Below, piece after piece: positions 28,615 to 38,600 of a stretch of 64,000 nt of DNA (the stretch's first letter is position 1; the number at the start of each line of letters is the position of its first letter). The DNA lies in contig JAHRHZ010000025.1 in NCBI GenBank assembly GCA_024137785.1, forward strand, positions 23,703,438 to 23,767,437. Direction: 5' to 3'. The position numbers were made by a program, and so were the translations under genes. This DNA is from Ginglymostoma cirratum (Eukaryota). The notes below the pieces were generated by a model. It saw nothing but the letters and a program-made list of their open reading frames with translations, was not told where the DNA came from and searched no databases.

Positions 28615-28860
28615 CTTTTTTATGATGTTAATTGAGATTAAATATTGACCGGGACACCAGGGCAACTGTGCTTATTTTTTGAATTAGTGCCATGGGATCT
28701 TTGACGCCCACCTGAAAGGGCAGTGAAGGCATCGGATTGACATCTCATTAGAAAAATGGCATTTCCACCAGTGCAGCACTCCTGCACTACGGCACTGAAA
28801 TATCAACCTTCAGGGCACGGGACGGGACTTGATACTCGCCACTTCCTGTCCAAGAGGACA
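28615..28860 (-). mobile_element. Deu-domain SINE (SacSINE1/AmnSINE1-like)
   Basis: The reverse complement contains ggagtgctgcactggtgg...tcaggtgggcgtcaaagatcccatggcacta...ctggtgtcccggtcaatattt, as in the Deu-domain. Confidence 0.7.
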
Positions 28861-31757
28861 CTATCAATGATTGTGTGGTTGGTTTTAGGATCAATCACAG
28901 CCAAATCAAATCTTCACAGAACTGTTACGTTCAATTCATGGATTAAAACAAAAGGCTTCTTCTAGAGTCGTTCATTGCAACCCGAAAGAAAATATGAGAC
29001 AAATTCTGCAGTGAAATACAAGACTGATAGAAACGACCCCGTTGTTTTCCTCCTCGTGACGGTTCTTGCCAGTCATTGTTTAACTGTCCAACGCTATCGT
29101 GTACTTTTTTGTGGAATTATGGAAGCGAATTAAAATATTTTGATCAGTTATTTTCAATAACAGCAGTCAAATGGACAAAGTATATTTTCCCCAAAATACA
29201 TACCTGACAAAGAGTATTACAAATGGGGTGCAACAATGATCAGGAAGAGGGATAACAGTTTTGTTTTCTGCAATCATTCCAGCGCGAGGTGTTAATCTAA
29301 AAGATAAGCCACCTTTGCTAGTGAGGCCCTCATGGAGGTTGTCATCATTTCACCCCTGAGTGAGTGGAATTGTTGGGAAGTGGAGGTAAGTATGGGTACA
29401 TACATTTACGTATAGATAGAGACATATGTTATCAAAATGTGTGCGGGTGTGTGTGTGGGAGGGAGGGGGAAATCCGGTACTCTGGATAGGCAATTCGATA
29501 GGGAGGGAATCGTGACTAATTTCCGTGTGTCCTGTCACAGATCATTTTCATGGATCATTTTGATGGCTGGCGCGGTAGATACCAGGAACCGGAATGTCAC
29601 AGGCTTACGGTTCATTGATGTGTCCAAGCCTTTAATTCGCCTAGAGTTTGCTTCAAGGAACCTTGTACTGATTAATCTCTGGGCTCCTTACATTCAACGA
29701 GGTTTATTCTGTTTTGTAAATTGAAGGGATAGGATCGGATTCAAATAAATTACTACGAACTGTGATTTTGACAGAACTGAAGAGAGAGCCAATGTGAACT
29801 AAACGAATGCCAGGAATTTAAACTAGAGACCATGTACTTTTAACTTAGAAGTAACAATAACCAGTTAATGATCTGAAAAGTTATCCGCGGGATTCTTTGC
29901 ATCGAAGGGCATGGATTTAAACTTTACAGGTTCAAACTCGCGCCTGATTAAACCTTGAATCCGAACCAGTGATGACTCTGATAGCACATAGCTGGATCAA
30001 ACTTTTATATGTAATGGAAGTAAATGGGAGCCTACCCCACCCACCCCCCCCCCCCCAAATCTGAATAAGTATTAACATTCCCATGTGTCAATTCATTTAC
30101 TCAAATTACGTAGTAGCCCGATCCAAAAGTCAAATGTAATTTAATAATTAATTCATCAAAATTAAACTGTACATGCTCATAAACAACGTTTTTAATCGCT
30201 TTCCTTTCAGCACGGTCCCCATGTGGAAATCGGGTGGACAATTTTGCTCATTACTTAAGAAAAGATCGAGCGATAGAACTTTTAACGCCGGAAGTAAGTT
30301 GGGGGGTGGAGTGAATAGAATTATTCTGTCCTGCAGTTTGCTGCCTGTCCCGTTTGAATGGAAATTTCTGAATGGAAATTAGCGAGCCACACGGGGCTCG
30401 TTTGTTGGCTACATCAATGACTGCAACGTTCAGAAAGCTGCACTGAACTAAACCTAGACATCATTTTTCCTTCCCGAGCTACCGCAGTTTATTGCCGCAT
30501 GAAATCCGTCGATTTTTAAAGCTGCAAAGGCCAGTGGGTATGGTAGATGGTTAAAGCAGCTGTTCCATACAGTGCCCGCATTTAAGGCGGGCAAACAGAT
30601 TTGGGTTATAAGGCAGCAGAATCAGCTCCATATGTCCTGGTTGTTTATGGTCACTTTGGGATTTAAACTACAGCATCTGTGATACGACAATAATCATCAA
30701 CAGGAAAACCTATTTACATCTAAACACGTTGACAGAAGAGATCTGACTGCAGTTTACTGTGCTGGCCTGTGGTGAAATAACTAGACAGACACTACTGGGG
30801 TTTTCAGCTTCTCTGTTAAGAGAGTAAGGGTGAGCCTGTGTACTTTAATGTTTACCACATTAAATGCTCGCCATTGTGATCGCCTTGCGTGTAATACGAT
30901 CATTCTTTAGTATTGCGTATGAATGATTTTGTATTGGGAGTGCTTGTTCTCTGTTACACCGTAGGAGAATATACTACACATGAATTACAAAATTCAAGAA
31001 TTTTGACAGCTACAGGCATGAACAGATTGGAACTAAATTGGTATTTCGTGTTAGAGGTTCCTGGTCTGTCTTGAAAACGAGAGTTACTCTCTCCAGCTAA
31101 GCCCCCCTGTCACATTCATCTACGCCAGAGGTTCCAAGTGCAACATCACTGCCCACATGTGAAGATCTCACAACGTTCACTGGTGCTGTTTATTTATTAC
31201 ACGACACGGAATAACGGAGTTGAATCCTAAACTTTGACTCGTCTACCTTAGCTTTTTTTTTGCTGCAGTATAAAACTAGGCATTCTCACAGTACAAGCTT
31301 GTGTGGACTGGAACCGGTATAGCATATAATAGTGAGGTCTTCAAATGTTACTTTTATCTTGGCACAGTCAAAGATGTCCCTCTTTTTAAAGTTATCTTTA
31401 CTGAGTACACGGTTCAGAACTAACTCAAAAGTGCCAAGTCCTCAACAGATAGGAGACAAAATATGAGTGAGTTTACATTTCTCAGGTAAAGGTTAATCTA
31501 CAAGACAACATTTTTGAAAAAAAAATTAGATTTAATATTCGAGGCTTGCTCATTGTAATCAAATAATATAATTAAAAATCAAATTGAGCTTTAACTTTAA
31601 AAAATACAACTTTTAAAATTAACTTTCATCCCGAAGCTGTTAAATAAGTTTTCTTGACTAATGCCTTTCGCATTTTAATTAATCTTCAACTATAGTTACA
31701 GAAGCCAACAAGAGTAAGTGATACTGTGCGGGTAATATCCTTTAATACGCCCTAACC

Positions 31758-31788
31758 CAGCACCTTCGTGTAACAAACTAGTAAAAGC
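31758..31788. repeat. 31-bp exact direct repeat, copy 1
   Basis: CAGCACCTTCGTGTAACAAACTAGTAAAAGC, identical at 32794-32824. Confidence 0.9.
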
Positions 31789-32394
31789 AGAGTTGCGATT
31801 GATACTAAGTTAGAAGTTACTGTGTGTCCTAAGTGAACTTTATCAATTTTCTAGTCTCTAGAATGGATAAAAAATTAATAAGAATTAATTTGTGAGTAAT
31901 GCTTCATATCAAATAATTCGCATCAGGTAAGGACAAGATTGATTATTTCAGGACACAGATGGAACTTTTATTCCGGGCGAGTTTAATGTCCCAAAGAGCA
32001 GTCAAAATAATAAAATAATCAAAAGCTTTCTCGATTTTGCATATTATATAGATTTTAAAGCAAGCAAGAACACGCTGCACCAATGTAAATTAGGTTAATT
32101 TGGTAAAATTCCATTTCAATGTATTCATCTTTGTAGAGATTTTCTTTCCACTGTTCCTATCCGACTTAAATATCATTATTTTGTAACTCCTACTTTGCTT
32201 CCCACTCACGCACACGAGCCAGATCTCCGTCACTTCTACTTTTGAAAGTAGTGTAGGAACAAATTTCAAATCTTGATTTCCAACGATCATGTTTAGACAC
32301 CAAGAATTTATATTTGCCTTTATAGGAGTTCAAAATTGGCCCCCAGTTTTATTACCTGCGACTCCTAACAAACGCAGTGCTGGGACCAACGTCA

Positions 32395-32715
32395 TATTGG
32401 GGTGACTATGATAGTGTGGGGATGTGACACAAAGGAGATTGGAATATTGCTGGAATATCATTATTAAGGGAATGTAATATTAGGAGGAACATGAACTCAT
32501 GGGGTATTATCAGTGGTATGTAACATTAAGAGAATTCGATAGTAGAGGAAAGGAGGTATGGGAAGGATGTGACAGTATGGGCATATGACGTTAGAAACAC
32601 TGTGATACTGAGAAGAATGTGGCACTAGGGAGAAGGTGATATTAAAGGAATGTCATATTTGGGACAAAGTGAGATGGCAGAAATGCGGCACAAAGAGGAG
32701 ATGGCGTTGAATGGA
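32395..32715. repeat. Degenerate ~18-20 bp minisatellite
   Basis: Recurrent variants of ggaatgtgatattaagg, e.g. gggaatgtaatattagg, agaatgtggcactaggg, aaggtgatattaaagg, gaatgtcatatttggg. Confidence 0.55.
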
Positions 32716-32793
32716 AGCTCAGCTAGATGAAATTGTCCGCCCCCCTCCACCCGCAACTCCACCCCACGCCATCTGCAAACATGCTCGCACAGG

Positions 32794-32824
32794 CAGCACC
32801 TTCGTGTAACAAACTAGTAAAAGC
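32794..32824. repeat. 31-bp exact direct repeat, copy 2
   Basis: Identical to 31758-31788. Confidence 0.9.
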
Positions 32825-33304
32825 CCAGCAAGTTCGAACATTCCGCGGATTCTTCGCAATTAACTTTATTTTCCAGGTGCTTGTGGTTTGAGCTGTATCT
32901 GTTCTGATCATTTACAAGATGTCCCGGGGTTCTCGAGTTCTTTAAGGAGTAAATGTTCATAAAGCAGGAAGTCATCAAACTTCCTTTATTACCCAAAATA
33001 CACTGTACCTGAAGAGTTAACACAATACTTTCACCCGGGTCTACGTGGCTATACTTTGGTCATCAGGAGTGGAAAACTTGGGTAGTTGGAGAATATTTCG
33101 GAACTTACTTCAATGAAGTTGTTATATAAATATTTAGTCCATAGGCCATACTTTATGTTAACCTGCCCTGAATTCTGATTGAACTGCCATTAATCCGTCA
33201 TTACCCGTTACGCTGAGATCAAGATGAGAAATCGTACCTGATAGTTTTATAATTGAAATAGACTCTAAATTTGTCCGTATTCTGTGGGAATTTCAGTTCT
33301 AAAG

Positions 33305-33590
33305 AGAAGCAAGCACTGGAAACAGCAAGAGCTATTATTATGAAACAAAACTTGGTGGAGAAATTCAGCAAGTTTGGCAGCCTCTGTAGAGAGAGGGAGA
33401 GAAAGAGGGTTATTGTATCGAGTCTAGTGGCCCCTCTTCAGAATTGAAGTAAGTTCCTGAAGAAGGGTCACTGGACTCGAAATGTTAACTCTGTTTTCTC
33501 TCAACAGATGCTACCAGACCTGCTGAGATTCCTCAGCAATTTCTGTTTTTGTTTCAGGTTTCCAGCACCCGCACTCCTTTGTTTAATTTT
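33305..33590. mobile_element. Penelope-derived element with two inverted arms, each with a hammerhead-like core
   Basis: The left arm ...tcagcaagtttggcagcctctgt...tcgagtctagtggcccctcttcag is the degenerate reverse complement of the right arm ctgaagaagggtcactggactcga...cagatgctaccagacctgctga. Confidence 0.75.
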
Positions 33591-35840
33591 AGGGATTTGT
33601 TGCATTGTTCTGAAATAATTACTGACCAGAGGCAGATACAGTACGGGGGGGATAGCCCGGTTCTTATTAAATTGACACCTGGTTCGGAAATGCCGCTTCT
33701 GGATGTTAAATTGTGCACCTGGTTTTAAAACTTACATCCAAACTCCTGCAATGCGAATTGCATGCTAATCCACCCTGCGGACGTATGGTAGCAAACATCT
33801 TCAAACTAGTTTAGCTAGAGCGGTGATCAAAATTCGCATCCTATGGAAGTCCCATTGTCATATGACCACCAAGTTACAGTGGTGACAGAATTAGTCCTTT
33901 TAACCGAAAATATCACTTTTTTTAGGACTTATCTTCACTGGCCATTTTGCTAACTTACCAACTATCTGAATCCAATTTTCAATTAGCTGGGCAAATACTG
34001 GTTGAATCTATTTAAAAATTTTGATTTTTATTTAGTAAACGTCTTGGATACATCGAAAAGTTCCCAATGCATTATGACATTCGACAATAAATTTGGTCAA
34101 TCGCGCAAAACGGCTGAGTACATTATTATTATGTATCTGTAGATTATAAATCCTATCCTATCTCCTATTAATTATCATTCCACAGGCTTGATAGACAGTC
34201 CGTGTTATGGAAAATGCAATATAATCTCATTAACTCTTTTCGAATTTTGCTGGGAGCTTTCGAGTGAGTGGTGTCCAAAAGACAGGGGCGGGGTGAGATT
34301 TTCACTCCCCTTTGAGAAAACTCGCAAAGCAATTTCTAAAATGCGCGCCCGGTTGGAATTGGGAAATTTTAATACGCACAATGTTCGCAAATTGCTTGTC
34401 AATTCCGAGACTCCTTAATCGCGTTCGTTTTCTAGGCACATCTTTGTTAGATATTAGTCTTACACGGACCAAACTTTGGCACTGGGACTGAGAAGTCAAA
34501 GGACACTTTGTAATAATAATAACAAAATCAAAACCCCGCAATTAACAGTGAGCAAATCGACCTCAGCGCACAGCTTACAATGGGGACGAGAGATTGAATT
34601 TATCCAACCAGAGAAAATCCTATTAAATATTACTTTGCACCTACTTATAAAATAATTATAGACAATGATTGCATGTATAACCAGGGAAGCACTGTCGCGC
34701 CAGTGGACATATGTTTCTTTCTGTTCGCAACCCATTTACAGCGGGCATTTTACGATTGTCACTCAATCCTTCTATCTATTGCCTAAATTGATTTTTCTTT
34801 CGATCACAGATGAATTCTCCCGGAATTTTTGTTTTGTCGTGTTGAATTTGGAAATTTTTTTTCTCTCTCTCTATGTGCCACGCACAGGATTAGCTTGCGG
34901 GATTAACAAAGCGAACAGTATTCACAAAGCCTATAATTAGGCAAAAAAAATCTTTCAGTGGAACAATCAATCCACCGAGATGAGGATGAAGAAATCCCGC
35001 CAATGCTGGAAGACAGGGAGCCACCAGTGAAATGCTCAACTCCAATCTCCCTCGACTTGATTCGGGCCGCCTTGAACAAATGATATGAAGAGCTCCATGC
35101 TAAAACAAACCAGTTTTCTAACCACCTTTTTTTTTGCAACTGCACTTAATGGAAGACGGAAAGCGAGCGTTGGGAGTGAACGTTCCAATTGGCCTTGTTT
35201 TAATTTGACTGCTTATCGCTGAGATTGAAGCTGCAAAATATTTCCACCTGACTGCAGTAACCAGAAATCATTTGGTGTTTAACAGAAAAAAAAGATAAAA
35301 GGCGTCATAGGGTGTATATTGAACAGCTCCCCACCTAACCCACATTCCCCCACTTCCCTCCGCCTCCAACCCCGCCGATCTATGGGGAAAGACAGGCTGA
35401 ATAGTAATGAAAAAATAACGCACTCGGAAACTCCGCGCTGAGGCTCTCACTGTTGTCCTGCCCAGTACCCGGTAAATTTGCGTAGCATTGTTCATGCTAC
35501 GGGGGCTGCTGCGGTTGTACCGAGATGCCACTTCTAAATCCAGTCGTGTTTAGTGAAACTTGTCAGATTCTGATCAGCCAGCCATAGCTCAAACACAATC
35601 CATTAGACCATACTAACCCTTCATACAGACCCAGAGAAATAGTAGGGGGGAAGAGAGCCGGACAAAACCCACAAGCCGAAGTGTGAAAATAATGAAACGT
35701 CTGTATTATAAACTGTCACTTTTTCGTGGTTTAAGATGTGTTTTTACTTAACGTTTCTTCCCCAACCAGCTCGTTGTTGTCACGAGAGCTGCACATAGGT
35801 CACAATGATTCATAAGTACCAGGACGCGAAATCAAATGTT

Positions 35841-35841
<1 letters not shown>

Positions 35842-35871
<30 letters not shown>
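35842..35871. repeat. (CA)15 microsatellite
   Basis: Perfect CA run in intron 2. Confidence 0.95.
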
Positions 35872-35872
<1 letters not shown>

Positions 35873-36526
35873 TCATAGCCTTATCCTTCAGACAGTGTCT
35901 CAGTCAAGCAGGCGTTAATTTGAAAATATTTATCTTATACCAATGAAATAAATATGTTGATATACCATTCGCCAAATCGGGTAGCTATTTAAAAATCAAC
36001 TGGAAAAGACACTTGCAACATTAAACTAAAACTTGCAATATGTTCGGCTTTGAGTAAGAAACACTCATTCGTAAATAAAGCGAAGTAAACTTCTTTTTCC
36101 TCAATATATTTATATAATTGAGAGGGTTCGACTAGATTAAAAGAGATGGGGGATTTTTTCCACATTAGCGAGTTGCAGTAAATACGGTCGTCAGCGTTTG
36201 CAAACAATGCAGCCGCCTTCTCCCAGACTGACAAAAATTAGTGCAAGGATACTGGGTGCAGCACAAAAAAAGCCAAACACTTCACTGTAAACTTAGCAAG
36301 CATTTACACTCCGTTTAATTCAGTTATTTTAGCTTATTGGTACAAGTTGCCCAATGCAACAGTAACATCGTGTCATTAATTACTGTAGGTTTAATTTTTT
36401 TGTAAAATTCTCCTGGATCTTTGGCACCCTCTAAAACTATTATATTCTGCTGAAGTGATTCGAAACATTTTTTCCTCTGGTATGTGTACAACTCATATCA
36501 AGTGTTCAGTGTATTGGAGCCTGTAC

Positions 36527-36988
36527 CTGTACATCGTCCAGTCCGTGATGATTGAGGGCATGAAGAGCGATTGTGTCCACCAGTCCATGGTTGGAGTCAA
36601 GGCCGTGGCCGGAGTGGAGCAGCACGTCAGGCCGCCGGATCCCATGGTAATCCCGGCGGTGGTCGAGGCTTGACAACTGGGAGAGACCTCGGGGTTGATG
36701 CAGGATGCCCTGCTCAGCCGCCACCTCCTGGCGCTGCCTCTGTTGCCACGGGTGCTGCTGGGGTTGGTGCAGGGGGCTGGCCAGGGAGTAAGGGTCGTTA
36801 ACGTGAGCGTACGGCTCCTGGCTCTGGGGGTAGGGCAGAGGCTGGTAGGGCGGCGGGAAATAAGGCGGCTGGAAGTCCGAGGAAGGAGTGTGCGAGAGCG
36901 GCGGGGCCGTGGAGTAGGGTGCCTGGCTCATGGAGCCGAGCTGGGCGAGGCGGGCACTGTGGCTACCGTTCATCCCATCGTGTCGATC
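36527..36988 (-). CDS. TFAP2E: AP-2 transcription factor exon 2 (proline/glutamine-rich activation domain with PY motif)
   Basis: Acceptor tctctcacccAG, then [19 protein letters not shown]...[16 protein letters not shown]...RRPDVLLHS...GLDDVQ, ending at CAG/GTACAG. It is 462 nt, phase 0-0, and carries the diagnostic AP-2 [11 protein letters not shown] motif. Confidence 0.95.
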
Positions 36989-37595
36989 CTGGGTGAGAGA
37001 AATCAAGAGAGACGATTATAGGAGCGAAACTCACTGTGTGTATAAAAGACGGAGTGGGGCAAAACCATAATCCCCTTCCAATTTTAACATGACTTTATGT
37101 ATAGTTGATTTTTTAAAAAGTTCTTTATTCAATGTTATTCTTACTTTTGTTTACGGCTTGGTGCCATTATTTTAATTGTTTTTCTCTGCTTGACTTCTGC
37201 CTCGATTTAAAACTACATCTGCGCTCTCCCCACCCCCACTCCCCTAAGTTGATGGGATCAACTAGATCGGCCACATATCGAGAAATAAAACCTAGTCCCA
37301 GCCCAGAGAACATACTTCCCCATTCTCTTTACACACACACACGGTTCCCGGTTTAGTTTCTCTTGTGTACTAACGTATTAAAGTTGCACCATGCAGGAGT
37401 TTCAGCTGCATTGTGAAATGTGGAAAGTTGGCTAAAATAACGAAAGCAATGAGAAAAAAAAACAATGCGAGCCAGGTAAACCATCTGTAGTACATTACTT
37501 GGTAAGATCAGCTTTTTTATTTCCCCCAGACGATTTCATCAAGTTAGTTTCCATCCCATAAAACGGCCCCGTTTTCCCCTCTCCGCCGTACTTAC

Positions 37596-37622
37596 CATTG
37601 CAGCGTATGTGTGCACCAACAT
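37596..37622 (-). CDS. TFAP2E: AP-2 transcription factor coding exon 1 (MLVHTYAAM)
   Basis: The minus strand reads ATG TTG GTG CAC ACA TAC GCT GCA ATG followed by a consensus GTAAGT donor in phase 0. It matches the MLVHTYSAM-type N-terminus of TFAP2E and the analogous alternative first exons of TFAP2A/B. The family call is secure; the E versus B assignment is only about 0.6. Confidence 0.9.
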
Positions 37623-38600
37623 CTGTGCGATCTAGGGAGACCAAATCCCGAACAATCCCAGTTTCTTGTTTCTATTTTTGTTTCAATCGGAACACACTCC
37701 AAAGAATGAGGAGAAAACGAGCCCAAAATCCATAAAGATCCGTCTGTCGGGGATATGTTCGGAAGAGGAAACCAAGCTAAAGGAGTTGGAGGCAAGGATC
37801 GGGTCCGAGTTTCTCTCTCTCTCTCCCTCTCTCTCTCTGTCTCTCTCACTGAGTCCGGGCTTTCTCTTCTATTAAATATCAGCAAATCTCTAATCAGCCG
37901 AGCGTGAACGAGCACCGCGCGTTCCCGACGCTCGGCTCCGGGGACGCGCACTTCCTGTGTCAAATGGAACAACTCCTGATCTGGGAGGGAGAGGGAAATA
38001 GCGAAGGAACCGAAACGAGACATTTACAAAGAAAAGCCAGAGCCGATATAAATATGTTTTGCACACTGTTGTTTATTAAGACTTGTCTGTGCGCGCTCCT
38101 CTGCTTTCACCGCTCGCAGCTTCTCACATACCGGATACAAAGTGACTGCAGCTGGGGGACAAATCCTCCAAAGCCCAAGGACAGGGGCCAAAAAGACACG
38201 GGCCATTCGAAATGCAGATTAATCGTTGACATTTTACAGAAAATAAACGCAATTGTTTTTTTTAAAAAGCTCTCTTTCTCCTTAAAAAGCACACAAAACG
38301 ACATCAATTTCAGTCCGGAGTCTGTTCCAATCTTGCGGTAAGATAACTTGGTGAAAGTTTGAGGGACGTCTGGACGGTGGAAGCCAGCAATCGCTGCGCT
38401 GTTAGGCTTTTTCAACCCTTTCTACAGTCCAGGGATGTTGCCCCAGGGCTTATTTTAAATCTGAATGCATTGAGCAGTTGGCGTCGCTTGAGGCTTCTCT
38501 GCTTCTGAAACCAGTCGGAAAGGGCTGACCGGCTTGCTGCTGAATTCTTCCCGAATTTCCATGTCCGTTCTCAGCGCCGGAGAATCGTCGCCCCCTCCGA
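37623..38600 (-). promoter_or_regulatory. 5' UTR and CpG-rich promoter of the AP-2 gene
   Basis: CpG-rich region directly upstream of exon 1. It holds a GA/CT tract (37812-37846), a TATA-like TATTTATA on the minus strand at about 38047-38054, and an AP-2-type site GCCCCAGGGC at 38440-38449. The TSS is not determined. Confidence 0.6.

Noticed and set aside
32395-32715. Periodic repeats considered as a CRISPR-like array
   Set aside because: Eukaryotic context, degenerate units and no repeat-spacer architecture.
36571-37021. Plus-strand ORFs overlapping exon 2
   Set aside because: Antisense shadows of a GC-rich coding exon.
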